From Camelus ferus (lineage: Eukaryota): DNA of 64,000 nucleotides. Below are positions 13,921 through 27,600 of this stretch, one piece after another. The position numbers and the translations under genes are program-made. The notes under the pieces were generated by a model. That model did not search any database and was not told the origin of the DNA. It was given only the letters and a program-made list of their open reading frames with translations. The DNA lies in the NCBI RefSeq assembly GCF_009834535.1, contig NC_045696.1, positions 34,164,001 through 34,228,000 of the forward strand, in the 5' to 3' direction. Each line of letters starts with the position of its first letter. The stretch's first letter is position 1.

Positions 13921-14299
13921 ACATCTCATATTCATACTGACACAATTCTTCTCTTTTCATCAGAACATTTAAAGAGGTAGAAAGTTGAAAGTGGAAATTA
14001 GATATATTTCTCTTGGTCTCTTAAATGTCTTACTGAGGCCTGGGCATACTACCACACATACGACAAAAAATCTTGAAATTAGATAACCAAATTGGACCTC
14101 AAAATCATTTAGAATGATAACAAAAGAAGATGCTGAGAGATTTAAGACAATTAAATACAGCTTTTCAAAAATATAGTTTCTAAATTACAGGGTAAAAATC
14201 TTTTTTAGAAAATTAAAATGGACAGGAAACAGTAGTTTCTTAAAAATTGCAAAACAGTTTGCTATTAGTAGACTAAACATGCATCCACTGAACCAAATA

Positions 14300-14520
14300 A
14301 ATCAGAGAAATTCTATTTTCTCTTTTGATCAATTTAGTTGTTGGTCAGAGATATCCAGAAGATACAGGTTATCTGAATTTAAAGGCATTTGACATCATTT
14401 CTTCAACAATTATACCATTTCTTATGGTTTATTTTGGTTGACAGAGGACTATGGACTGGATAAGTGGTGCACTTATGTAGATTGAAAAAAAAGGTTGAAT
14501 GATAGTATAGAAAAAAGTAA
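14300..14520 (+). mobile_element. L3/CR1 reverse-transcriptase remnant
   Basis: 'tatctgaatttaaaggcatttgac' corresponds to the CR1 RT YLDFxKAFD motif, followed by 'tatggactggat...gttgaatga'. Confidence 0.6.
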
Positions 14521-14699
14521 AATTTAAATTAAATCATAATAAACTACAGATAAATTTCAAGAACTATAAAATAAAAATTTACTTGTTCTGGGCCTCCACA
14601 TAGTTAATGTCTCTATCAATAACTTTTATTTACATACAAAAAGCCAACTTATTAAGTACATTCTTGTCATTTATCTATGAGGAACAACAACTTTATATC

Positions 14700-15300
14700 A
14701 CTAGAGAGAAAATTAGTGAACTAGGAGACAAAGCTGAGAAAAATATCCAGAATGCAGCAAAAAGACAAAAAGAGAAGGAATATGTGGAAGAGCTATTCAG
14801 ACACTTGAAAGACAGGAGAAATTCCAATGTACATTTTGTGTAGAAAAAAATATTTAGAGAATTTTCTAGAATTGAAAAAAGAGAAATATTCAGCTTGAAA
14901 TACAGCAGACAAATAAAAACAAATCCATACTAGATGAACTGTAGTTGAATTGCAGAATACCAAAGACAAAGAAAAACCTAATTAATTGTAGAGAAAAGAG
15001 AGGTCACCAAAACAGCAGACTGACAACAGTAATAACTAGCAGAAGACAATGAAATACTACCTTCAAAGAGTACAGAAAAAAATATTTCTGCAAAATAGTA
15101 CATATTCAGCATAAATATGATTAAAGAATAATGGAAAAAAAGCTAACTTTTAACAAAGTTTAAATAAAGGAACTATAAAGATATATATTTCAGTATGAAA
15201 AAAATTCCAAGAAGGCAAGAGTGATAGTTAAGAAACAATGATGGATAAAGAAATGAATTAATATTTATGTATACCTAAATAAATATTGACAATAAAAGTA
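14700..15300 (+). mobile_element. Ancient L1 ORF1-region remnant
   Basis: ORF 14607-14843 contains 'REKISELGDKAEKNIQNAAKRQKEKEYVEELFRHLKDRRNSNVH', resembling the L1 ORF1p coiled-coil end; A-rich continuation. Confidence 0.7.
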
Positions 15301-17017
15301 ATAAGATTAAAATGATAATGATAATAACAATGCTAATGATGAATTTAGAAGGCTGGTTAAAAATCAGTGTAAAGCATTTGGGGGATGACCATATTTAAAT
15401 TTAAAATTGCTTCAAACTCGGCTCTTCTATAAACAACTATATATAAGATATTAAGCCAAATGAATACAGTAACTCTACCTGGCATCATTTAAATGACATC
15501 ACTCAATAGAAGTTAAGTAGCATGAAATTTTACTGAGATGAATTTAAAATACAGGTTTTCTTAAATATGATTAGGACACTGCCTAGCTCATAGTAGACAG
15601 TATCTTTTAAATGAATGACTATTTCAGAATGGCTGAAACAATTCAAGTTTAGTAGCAAAAAATAGAGAATAAAAACAGTTATACCTCAAAGTGTAGCTAA
15701 TATTAACATTTTATTTTTATTTTTTGTTTTTTCCTGAATCTTTCTACTAACACTAATTATAAATTGTATTACTTTTTTGGAGTTTACATTTTACACCAAA
15801 TTTGCACATGCTGTATATTTTATTGAAAACTGAGATTTCTAAGTTTCATACTAAGGGACTCTAATTATTTCCAATTCTAGTGATAATTCCTAGTACTGGT
15901 TAAAACCAAAAATATTATTAAAAGACAGTCTGGTGATATTAAAGAAATGAACTATATCATGATTTTTAAAAGCAGTGAAATAAATCTGATGATACAATTT
16001 AAAAATTTCAGGACACAAAGTGCACGAAGATGGAAAATGCATGAATAATATAAACAATATTATTACTCACTCCTGCTCAGTTTTCTAAAAATGTCAAGCT
16101 AGGTATCACGTAATGAAACTTTAATTTTTTTTGGAATCTAATAACTCTTACTGACCTAAAGCGCAGATTTAAAACTATCTCATCCTTATTTTCATTGGCA
16201 TGATGAATTATGAAATAACTGCATTTTATAACGATAGTTATTCTACCTCATCGGCATTTCTATCCCAAAGACAAAATTAAATATCTGCTTCTAGTATAGA
16301 GATATGGATTGATAGATATTTTGTTTTTCCAATTAGTAAAGTAAAGTTTCCTCTAAGTTAAATTTATTGCTGTATTTTAGTTTATTTTCTTAATTCCTTA
16401 TCTTTAGAGAGAAAATACAAATAAAATACAGTTAAAATTTTTGTGGATTACTAAGTTCTATACAAATCAGAAAGCCATTGGTCTGAAATGGATGCATTCT
16501 TTCTTTCTGCTTTATGAGCTGAAGATATTGAGTGTCCCTCCAAAAATCGTATGAGCCTCACAGAATACTTGATTTTGAAAACACTACAGTTTAAAACTTG
16601 AATGATTTTGAAAACTTTTTCCAGATTGGTATAATTTTTTTTTTGCTTGAAAATAGTCTCTCCTAACATAATGCTGAATCCTTTAAATGTGTAGCTGTTC
16701 CTAATTTGTATCAGAACTGGATTTCTGACAAAACTAAGTAATACCTCTATAGATTTATTTTCACTTTTCAAAGAAAATGGAAACTTACTGACTCACAAAG
16801 CAAAACATGTTAAAATATTCAAACTACAAAAAAAGAAATGCATATTCATCTTAGCTGGCAATGAAATCATATTAACAGCAGCATTTGATTCCTTTTATTG
16901 CTTCACCTATTGCTTGATTGGTCTCATACGACTGATCTACTGATTGAGCTAATAAAGCATAATACAGTAAAGTATCCATTAATTTGTCAAAAGTTCTTGT
17001 CTTTTTTTAGTGGACTT

Positions 17018-17190
17018 ATTTTTATTTTTAAATTAAACTCTTCATTTTGAGATAATTTTAGATTCACATACAGTTGTAAAATAAAATAAAAGGAGATTAA
17101 TACACTTTACTCAGTTTTCCCCAATGGCAGTATCTTTAAAAAGCCACAGTGCAATATCACAACAACTGTATTGTCATTACTGCAATTAAG
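17018..17190 (-). mobile_element. Old L1 (L1MC-like) 3' end fragment
   Basis: 'attttgagataattttagattcacatacagttgtaa...tttactcagttttccccaatggcag' is a typical reverse-complemented L1MC 3' end. Confidence 0.7.
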
Positions 17191-17194
17191 AATT

Positions 17195-17348
17195 ATTTTT
17201 TTTTTATTTTCAGCTTTTTTATTTTGAGGGGGAGGTAATTATATTTATTTATTTACTTATTTTCTTTTTAATGGAGGTGCTGAGGATTGAACCTATGACC
17301 TCATGCATGCTAAGCACATGCTCTAACATGTGAACTATACCCTCCCCC
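17195..17348 (-). mobile_element. tRNA-Ala-derived SINE (camelid Vic-1-like)
   Basis: Minus strand reads 'gggggagggtatagttcacatgttagagcatgtgcttagcatgcatgaggtcataggttcaatcctcagcacctcca', a decayed tRNA-Ala(AGC) head with A/B boxes, then an A-rich body and poly(A). Confidence 0.85.
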
Positions 17349-18121
17349 AAAAGTTCTTAAGTCTTAAAACATCAAATCACGTTAAATCTTTTAAGAAACA
17401 TTGAGAAACTGAAAGTAGTCAAAATCAGTTTTACAGATGCTTATTTTTCCTTATTGTTCATTCAAGAACCAGAAAGTTAACAAAAAGCAAAATTCCTTAC
17501 TAAATGCAATTTCTTTGACCTCTTTTAGCAAATATTTACAAAGAAAATATGTTTGCAGCTTTCAGTGTATGAACCAATGTAGTCAGTATCTTGGCTTCCC
17601 TTATTAAATTAAGCTTAAGCTTCTTGTATAAAAATCATTGTTTTATGTCATCCAAAGATGAGTTAACTTCCTGAAGTTGATAATATCAGAAGCCTCCAGG
17701 GGAGAGGCAAAACATTAAAGGAAATCAAAAAATATCAGTTCAACACTACTCATCTAGGACCATGTAAGAATACCTTACAATCATAAATCAAGATTAAACC
17801 AGAATGGGACTTTGAAGATTATCTAGTGACTTCAAGTGTCTTTAAGCAGTGGAACCAACTCTTATTTGAAATCCCAATCTATAAAATAGTTACAAGTCTT
17901 GGAGCCCAACTGTGTCAGCCCGTTTCTTTCTCCATCTCTCTCCCAAATGATGGCCCAGATTCTATGGCTTTCATGAATGTGGTTTAAAAACCATGGAATC
18001 CCATCATTTTATGAAGACATTAAAGACACAAAGTTAAATAATAGCAGGCTTAGGACTAGAACACCATTCTCCAACTTTATTCTCATTCTTTCTGTTAGTG
18101 AGACTCCTTCAGCTCAAGGAA

Positions 18122-18346
18122 GCAGTATATACAATATAAATGGTTTTAAGTATGGGCTTCAGAATTGAACAAATCTAAGTTCAGTCCTGGCTCCACTACC
18201 AATAGTTGCTAAGAGTAACTTCCTAAACACTCTGAGTTTCATCTTTCCCATTTCAATGGGAATTAAATGAGAGGACTCATATGAAGGACTCACCCATAAA
18301 ACTTCTACATAGCAAGTACTCAATAAATATTAGCTCTTATTACCAT
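18122..18346 (+). mobile_element. MIR SINE
   Basis: 'gttcagtcctggctccactac...ctctgagtttcatc...aattaaatgag...tactcaataaatattagct' spans the MIR core to tail. Confidence 0.8.
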
Positions 18347-20152
18347 TAATTCAAAGTTTAACAGACTGCACATAAATGCTGAAATTTCAAAGTTACACGA
18401 ATGTTTATACAACTAAAAAGAGAGGAATAGGTCAGTTTAAGTATTATATGGACTAAGTCCAAATGAAATGACCTCCCTTATTTAAAAGAATTTAAGGAAA
18501 TGGAAGTGGGAATAAACACAGAGCAAAAGAAGAGGACTAGAATTTAAAGATATCTAAACAAATCAGGGCTTGATAACGTAAGTGCAAAAAATATGTCCCA
18601 CCAGCTGGTATTACCTACAAGTCTTACCAACCTCAGCAGAGTTCCTTTCTAAGCTTCTTTTTGTGTGCTAAAACCACCACCCCGCCTCCGCCCCTGAAGT
18701 TTTCAATGATTAGGAGAAGGAAAAATGTCTGCCTGATTTGGTTTTATTTCAGGAAGCTGCTATCCCCTGCAGAAGCCATTCGTGACACATTACTCAAATG
18801 ATGGCCCCAGTGGAGGGTATCATTATACAATGGTGCTGATAATTCTGCAAAGGGGTTTAGCTCTTTCTGATGAAGAGTGATCTTGCAAAGGGGACCAGCA
18901 GCCAGATCTTGTAAAGTCAAGGTTTTCTCCGCTCCTCTACCCAGATTCAGCTGTGATAGGCACATCCTGCTAGATACCCAAGCAATCCTCCTACATGAGG
19001 GCCTCATGTACAACAGCTTTTAGAGGTGACTAAATCACTATGCAATTCACAAACACTGCTATTTCCCAGGGCATAAAATAAACTCAGGAGGGCTGAAGGA
19101 AAATAACATGAGGTGTCTGCTTCTTCATAAACCCTGAACAACCAGTCAGCCCATTTTCTCTCTAGTTCAGCACCATGGTTAGCACACTGATTTTATTTTG
19201 CTTTACTTTTGTGGTTAAACAGAATTTTTAATGCTTCACAGCTTCTTCCTGCCAATGGGCTTTGGCTGGGACCCTAGAGTTGAGTGGTCTCAGCCTAAGT
19301 CTCACTCAGCTAAATGAAGGGTCAGAGACGTGTCTTCTGCACATCTCCTATATCCAAGTGCCCAACATATTAGCCACTATGAGATCTTCTCACTCTTACT
19401 GAACAAAAAACACTTGGTAACTTTTTATTAAAGCTCTGTTAGCATCAGGCTGCACATATACACACATCCATGGATGAAAAGGGACAGGTTCAGGTACAGG
19501 GAAATACAAGGAAGGAATAACTATGACTTAATTTTGTTAATGAGTCCAAGAAGAAGGTGATCATTAATCTGAGTTTTGATAACTTAGCATGGTTTCATCA
19601 AGTAAATGATGAAATTACTATGAAAACTAAGGAGTGGCTGTATTTTGTTTGTTGGAAAGCAACAATAGTTGTTAACTATTTTAGAAAAGTCATAACACAA
19701 ATTGTAATGCTGCTCAGGGTATTTGAATCAATAATAAAACAACAACAAAAACCTGTGTGAAACTACATATTTTGCTCATGATGTGAACACTTGACAAACT
19801 ACTTCTCTATAACTTCTACTGAAGTCTTTCTGAGATATTTAGACATTGAAATATTTATTACTTCATTATAAATTAATGTTTTACATTGATTAGGATACTA
19901 TCAAGACATAATATTGGTATTTTTATAATTTTGGTACATAAAATATTGGTATAAAATAATTGGTATTTTATCAAATTATATAGGTGGGTTGTAATTACCC
20001 ACGAATTTTATTTCAGGATAGTAAAAATGGATTTATAAAATATTTGCTATTAAAAAAGAATTTGATAGGGCTGAGAACTACTTTTCCAAAGCACACCAGA
20101 TAAAAGCACTACTAAACAAACTTTCTAGTTATAAAAGTAATAAAGGCTTTAA

Positions 20153-20280
20153 GTTAGTTTTCTAGGCTGCTGTAAAAAAGTACCACAAACTAGTACTGAA
20201 ACGAAAGAAATTTATTCTCATAGTTTGGGAGGATAGAAGTCCCATTGGTTCTGTTCCCTTAGAAAACCCAGACTAACACA
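20153..20280. mobile_element. Fused MLT1 (minus) and MLT2-like (plus) LTR ends
   Basis: 'gttagttttctaggctgctgtaaaaaagtaccacaaact...aaatttattctcatagtt' (MLT1 end, reverse) joined to 'cccattggttctgttcccttagaaaacccagactaacaca' (MLT2-type 3' end). Confidence 0.6.
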
Positions 20281-21699
20281 GAAATCTAGGCCAGCGGAGA
20301 ATGCAGCCAAGGCGGTACCACAAGAAAGAATGGTTAAGGCACTATTGCAAGTATCCTGACCCCTGGGCACATGCCTCCCCTGCCCACTCCTGACATCCTG
20401 CCGCCATTATCCCTGGACTTGAGACTTTGCCATGGCCACAGTGAATAAACTTTAGCTATCCTGGCATCTTGATTTTGTTCCCTCTGAATGCAGAGACTCA
20501 CGTAGAAGTATGCACTAAACCAGTGCTAGAGGGTGGGAAGAGGAAATGGCCAGCCCCCTTTGTTTTTATAGCAGGAAAACAGGCTCAGCCTCCCACCAAA
20601 GATGACACAGAGGAAGTTCCTTCAGATTATAAAGGGAATTCAGAGAGTGGTCAGCAAAATAAATACCAATGTCAACTACTATGGCATTCAGAATACCTGG
20701 TAAGTTTATTCATACCTGTATGTGTACACACACACATCTATATGCCACAAACATTTATATCATATTTCAAATATTTAGGTTACCAAGAAGCATCTGAAAG
20801 AAGAATTCTCATAGTGGCCTTGCTGATAATAACATTTTCAGAATTAAAATTTGTTGGCCTTTGCTTCTCTAACTTGTTTTGAGTAATTATATTCCACCTG
20901 AAGGATCATACATATTCTAAGGATGTCTACATGAATTTTATTTTCTATTAATTAGATAATGTTGTGACTCTAGCGTAAAGCCTTTTCCCTATTCTTTTGG
21001 AAACATTTCCCTAGATGTTAACACTAACAATGAAAAAAATTGCAGTACTTAAGAGAAAACAGTTATGTAACAAGTTAGAAGACAAAAGCAAATAAGCAAA
21101 TTCTAGCAAAAATAATCGGTGTCACCAGTTAATAATACTGAAAGAGGTTGTTTATAGAAAGTCAAATATTATAACAAGATGGAAGTGACATTGGGAAAAC
21201 CCCAAGATTTAAAATAGAGTTTCATCAGTAAAGGTCATAATAAACTAGTCATGGAAAGTCAGATGTTATCCATTCTCACATTTCTTTTAGATTGCTGAGA
21301 GAAAAGTGATATTCTCTATTGCTAAATTCAGGAAGGTGTCTATCTGTAATATTACTGATACTTCAAAAATATTAAGACCTAAGAACAGATTTTAGAGAAA
21401 AGTCAAACAATATGTACACCCTTCAAAATAATATGTTCTACTCAATTTGTTGAAAATAATTTACACTGTTCAGTTACCTTTTAATACATCCAAAAGGCAA
21501 AAATAGAGAAGAGTTTTCCTTCTTTTCTATGAAGAAATAATAATTGTGGAGCATTCTCTGTGCCAGGAACAGTGGGAAATGTCTTAATCTAATGCTATCT
21601 CATGGAATCAGCATAAGCCTAAAAGGTCCAAGTATTGCAATTGATTAATTCTCTTTTTATCTAGTGGCATATTCTCCATCTCCTTTCTCCCCCGTGAAA

Positions 21700-22270
21700 T
21701 TTCTTGGTTGAAGAAACAGAGCAGTATGCCTTCTGAAATTGCTCAGTCTGGATTTTGTAGATTGCATCAAATTTGCATTCAGTTTTTATTTCTCTCATTT
21801 TTACAAGACTACTTCAAAAGCAGTGTTATCTTCTTCCATCCTGAGACACATAATATATGGTCTTCTCTCTTTTGGGGATGTGTGCAACTGTTCGTCTATG
21901 CTTGAATCTTCCTCTTTTGTTTCAGTTCTCAAAGTAATGGGTTAATTCACTGACATGGTCTAATAGTGAGCTATTAGTTAATATTTCTAACTATCATTAT
22001 AAACCCAAAGATCTAAATATATTTGATGTGATGGAATCTTTTGTAGTTATAATCTGTTTTGATGATTGAACTGTCCAATTTTTAGTCAGTGAGAGCCTCT
22101 TCATGTGAGCGTTTTGAGTACAAGCCTTTGCTACTTGGTGTGACTTGTTACCATCTCATCTTGTATGTGTCCTTCCCAGCCCTGAAATCAGCCTGTTCTC
22201 CAAAGGAGCCTTGGTTCCTCTTATGAGGAAATTGTATTTCAGCACAATGTGGGCACTTAAGGGCATTGCT
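21700..22270 (-). mobile_element. L1MC4/5-like 3' fragment
   Basis: Characteristic 'ccctgaaatcagcctgttctccaaaggagccttggttcctcttatgaggaaattgtattt'. Confidence 0.7.
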
Positions 22271-25200
22271 TTTTATAAATTACAAAATAGCCACAGCTTG
22301 TTTGATCAGGAATTTGAGGAAGTGGAAAACTTTTACTTTTCATCAAAACTCTTGGATCATCAACCGAAGCTATTTTCAAATGATTTCCTTGTTAGTTGCT
22401 GAGACAATACAAGACTAAGTAGGGAATATAATAAAAATCTTAAAAGCATTGTCAACCGAGAAAGTGACCAACTCTGACAGACTTCTTTCCTCCGTATTTT
22501 ATGTTCAACTTCTAAATGTATGTAAAGACAGGTATTTGAAAGCTTTGGAATCACTACAGGCCTTTTCCAGGTACAATTATCTGCCATATTTACACGGTGC
22601 TTCACTGACTTTCTTCCTCCTACTCCAGTTCTTCACAGTCCTTCTTGTGTGTGTCAGCTACTTCGGGAGAGACACAGCCACACAGAATATTCTACTGCTA
22701 ACTTAGGATCCATCTCTAAAATTCTTATACAATTAAAATACTTCTGATCTTGTGAACCAAAAATAAGACTGGGAATTTGACAAGTGAGTGAAGCTATTAG
22801 AAAATGATGCTTTCAAAAGTTTAACAAAAATAACACAATGACTATAGCACACTAAATAAAGAAATAATCAACACATCCTAAATTAGCCACTTCCATTCCT
22901 TTGAGGAATAGATGGGTTATAAATAAATAAGCAAATTAATAACAACTTTACTTTATAATAATGGAATTTTTATTCACTGGAAAGTTAATTTTTTCTATTT
23001 TCCATGAGATTTTTTATAATATTTCTTGCTTTGTTGCTGGTAATAGAAATATTAAGAAGTATATGAGTAATTGTGTATGTGAGAGAAAGATAGTGAAGTT
23101 GAGAGATAGAGAAATCTGCCCGGATTCCCAATGCTTTCCTAACAGAAGGACGTGGGATTTTTGTCTAACTCTAGCATTCAACCATCATCTCTAGAGGCAA
23201 ATAATAATTTGAGTGCTTCAGAGGGCAAAAGCTCCAAGCAATCTTCATTGAAGCCAGTCAGATAGACATGATTACATATGTACTTTGAAAACTGTATTTC
23301 CATTCAGTGTGTCACCCACAAGGACTTCACACAAATAGTATGAAGTACTTCACACACCAAACATTTGAGAACTTTGGTCTGGCTCTGCCACTCTTCTTTA
23401 CGTGTCTTACCGGCTTCTCTCCTAATAGCTATATGACTGCAATTCTAAGGCCCAAGTTCACATGTTTTTCAGCATCTTTTACTCCTTTCAGGATTGTTTC
23501 ACTGCAAAATCCTCTAATTCTACTCATTCTTCTGCTTTACTGAGCTTTTTATTTCTACATTTATTTTTCTCTTTTTAATTGCAATGAACGGGTCATGCCT
23601 ATAAACTTGTTTGCTCTCCAATAAACATTTTCCTAGTTGAGGAAAAGGTATACAGGAGGAAATGAGAATACACTAAGGTAAACCTGAATACCTAAGGGAA
23701 ACTCACTGTTTGAGGAGTATTATTGTAAAAACAAAAAAACAAACAGAAACACCAACCAGGCTCTTCTGGATGGCTTAGAGTTTATAGGACTCTGTTTCTT
23801 GATGAGTTTAAGTTTATAGGACTTAAGTTTCTTGATGAGAAGCCAGGAATTCTAACTCCTAATTAAATGCTTTTTCACTTCCACCATTCTATGTCCATTT
23901 TAAGTTTCTTAAGATTTTAAATAGATGTCTCTTAAGCTTGTCACTCCTAACGACATAAAGATGTCTTCAAACATTAAAACACAGGGGTAATAGTTGGGAG
24001 AGATTAATGTAGCCAGCTGGCTACACTGTCAGTTTTTATTAACTTCAATAGCATAATACAGTAAAATTTATTAATATTATTATCATGAATAATTTTTTTC
24101 TTTTCTATAATAATGTCTTCTCTTTTCCTTTATTTTATTCCCATGAGGTTTTTGTTTCATGACCTTCAAATTATTTTTATACATATGGAGGATGTTACTT
24201 GTTTTCTAAAATGCAAATAAGGCAAATGAAGATAGTGAAGTCAAGCTCTCCTTGCCTTCACAAGCTTCATAACACTCCTTAAACATTTCTGCAAACTTCT
24301 CTCTAATTTAGGAGGAAAATAAATTCTTTGTCCTGCTCTACTTTCAGATCAGATTTTCCCCTTCTCTTTAATATCATGTAATTAGGTGGCCCTATAGTAT
24401 AGCGTTGGAGTTTGAGTTTCTTTGCGTCCAATTAGAATTTGGTTCCCTTTGAGATTTTGTAGTAATGTTTCAAAGGCAGTTAGGCATGGTCTTACTATAT
24501 TTTGAACTTGATGAACTCTTGTCCTCTACAGATTCTTTTAAAAATAGAAATTTATTTAAAAACAAAAAAAAAAAGAATAACCTATTTTAGTTTGAAATGT
24601 ATTATTTTAGTAAAGAATTTGTAAATTGATTGTTGACTTGATGAGCTGGAATAAATTTTGAATTATAGTTCATCAACATTTATGAAATTGTGATTCTCAA
24701 CTTAATTTCTACTTTGCAAAGCTTTGTTTTGCTGAGACCTGTGAATTCCATTTTTGGAGATGAAGAGTGGGGAGAGGGGTGTGGTCTTACATGACTGATT
24801 TCATAATTGCATCACACATACTTCATAAGAACCTCCCAATAACCATTCATTATTTGATGTCATAATAATACTCCCTTTTAAATGCAAAGCCTTAAATGAA
24901 TTAATTCATCTCAGTGTTGACTGCTCTAGAGAATTAAATTAGGATTTAGCTCTAGTTTAACATACTTAAGGCAAAATATGTTAATTAGGGCTGGAGGAGA
25001 TAAAAGAAAATTAAAAATGAGAGGGTAGATCTGGGTAGGGTTGGAGGAATTTAGCCAAAAGCTAAATGTTACTGTGTTGAGATGCTGATTGAGACTGGAG
25101 GTGGGTCAGTGAAGAGAAAGAGAAAACTAGAAATGAGAGAAAAATTCAGAAAGAGATGTCAGGAAGATAACAAGGCAATATATTAGCTCAGAATCTTGAT

Positions 25201-26789
25201 GGCAATCAGTGTGGCCATGAGTGATCTAGTCAGTGTCTAGTGCTGGCCAGAAAGAGTACCTGCTGTGGGATGGACCTGAATCTTTGATTAACAGGAGAAT
25301 AGCAGATAAAATAGCATCACATTTTTACTGCTATCATAATGTTTCACTATCTGACCTCTGCCATTTTAACTGGATATCCACACTGCTTCCTTGAAAGATT
25401 TTTTCAATCATAGGTGTAACTATCATCAATATATAACTTCTGAACACTTTTAAAAGGGGCCATTTGTGAAGACCATTCTATCCATATTTTGCTCTACTTC
25501 ACACCTACACCCCACATGGTTCAGCTAAGTTTTATGTGCCAACTTTTAAGATAAGATAAAATTGGAACTTGTTCCTTCCAAGACCAGGCTTAAATTTTCC
25601 CCACCAAATCCTTACCTTTCCAGGGCTGGGAAGAGAGGATCAAAGGAGTGATAGTTCTATCACATTTGCTCATCCCCGGTACCCTGCTTCTTAATCTCCA
25701 GCACCCTTAATTAGTCTCAGGATGGAATCAGCTGTTTTTCAACCTTATAATTTATTCAGAGGTAGCATTATGGAGTCTTTGCAATATTTTGAAAATGTAG
25801 AAAAATTAATGTTCCCATATATTAAAAGATGAACCATAAGTCTATCATTTGCAATTTTGATTTTTCTAACAAAGAGTGCTGATTCTAGATTTCGTTCCAC
25901 CTCTCACAAAATAGAATGTATCTTAAGACAGACAGCATTCATTTTTGTTCTTTGGTATAATGTTTGCTTTGCTTTCATAAGCTTTCAACCTTTCATTTTA
26001 AAAATACACAATGCCATCACACTAGTTCTGATATGACAGAACAAAACTAACATTGTTGTTACAACGGATGATAAACCTGCCAAGCATCACTTTTAGGTGT
26101 TTTCATATTGAGTTTTGTTTCTGCCTGTCACATGGATATATTTTCATTTCAACCTAAGTGCCATGAACATTTTTGCTTTCTTATAAAAAATACTTTTAAA
26201 GATTTGTATGACTGTAAAGAGCAGCCATGGTTTTTACCCTCTGAAAATAAAGTGTAAGAAATACAACTCTTTATTAGAAATTTCAAATCAAATTTTTCTC
26301 TCTTATAAAGTAGAAAGTCAAATCTAACCTATATCTAATTTTTAATGCAACCATTCCTAATGTATACTGATAACTCTTGGGGAGGTTTGGGAAAAAGGTA
26401 AAGTTAAAGTTATACTTGAGTATTTTTTTCTATGAAAGCATTCATAATTTCTTCAAACGGTTACCAAACTTTCCTGGTCATCACTGCCATCTCTCTGGGG
26501 AGTCAGAAAATTCTCAGAGAACTAATTGGAAGGTTGACACTCTAAGAGTCCTTTTTGTGGACTTCCTAGTAAGAATTTCTTTTTTTTTTAAGTTATTCTT
26601 TGAGGACCTACTCTGTTCCAAATACAGAAGTTATGGATAAAATACTTTAAAAGCATGTATCTGTGTGCTCATGCATGCACACATGTTTTAGAATAAAGCA
26701 TGTCACCATGAAAGAGAGAAAGACAAAAAGGCAAAGACGAAGGATGTGGAAGTGGATAAATGGTCTGGAAGCAGGCGGAGAAAGCTAGG

Positions 26790-27015
26790 AGTTCTCTTCT
26801 CAGTGGCCCTATTCAAGGTGCTGGTCAGATATCCCTTCACTTAGTCCTCGTAACAACCACATGAAGCAATTTCCTTTAACCACTTTTTCTGGGTGAGAGA
26901 ACCGAGACACAGAGCTGATAATTAACTTGCCTATGTTCTCAGATACAGTAAGTGTAGAACCTGGACTGAACACAGCAGCATCATGCCCAGCCTCTGCATC
27001 CCCCACACCATGGTG
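26790..27015 (-). mobile_element. MIR SINE
   Basis: 'cttagtcctcgtaacaacc...gagagaaccgagacacagag...taacttgcct...agtaagtgtagaacctgg'. Confidence 0.75.
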
Positions 27016-27039
27016 CCTTCCATTTTAGATATTTTATTG

Positions 27040-27600
27040 GTAAAAAGAAAGCCCAAAAAGAAATTTCAAAATGTTTGGAATCAAATGACAATGAAAGTAA
27101 CAACTAAACTTGTGGGAAGTATCTAAAGCTGTACTTAAAAATAAGTGATATTCAGGGTACTAAAAACGCAAGGTTGGAAATAAAAGGAGAAACATTCAAA
27201 TCAGAGTGTAAATCACTAATGGAGCAAATTCAGATAAAGTGGAAGGAAATAATAAAAATAAAGCAGAAATTATTGAGTGAGAATTTAAGAAAAACAAACA
27301 GAATCTCAACAATATATTTGAAGAAAACAGTTTTTGAACAGACTAATAAAATTAACCAATATCTAAAAACCAAGATTTAAAAAAATTAATTAATTAAAAA
27401 CACAAGAGGTTCAATAGTAGGGTAAAAAAATGACAGAAGAGATAGTAAATATTTTAATATTTTATAAAGATAGTTAAAATCTTACATCGATAAATTCAAA
27501 TAATTAGTGTAACGGATAATTTTCTAGAAAAAAATTGCTAACATTGACCCAGGATAAAATTTTTAAAAATAATAAGAGCCACTAGAGATATTTAATTGTT
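27040..27600 (+). mobile_element. Old L1 ORF2 fragment (post-endonuclease region)
   Basis: 'aaacttgtgggaag...ctaaagctgtactta'; ORF 27174-27380 'KWKEIIKIKQKL...KTVFEQTNKINQYL' resembles L1 ORF2p. Confidence 0.7.

Noticed and set aside
17270..17348. Possible tRNA-Ala gene
   Set aside because: Multiple substitutions in the D- and T-arm regions plus an A-rich tail indicate a SINE, not a functional tRNA.
20469..20882. 137-aa ORF with an internal AG...GTAAGT exon-like segment
   Set aside because: Overlaps probable LTR-derived and low-complexity sequence; peptide not recognisable.
22300..22706. Several overlapping 80-85-aa ORFs
   Set aside because: No recognisable protein, no consistent splice sites, and partial overlap with an L1MC-like fragment.
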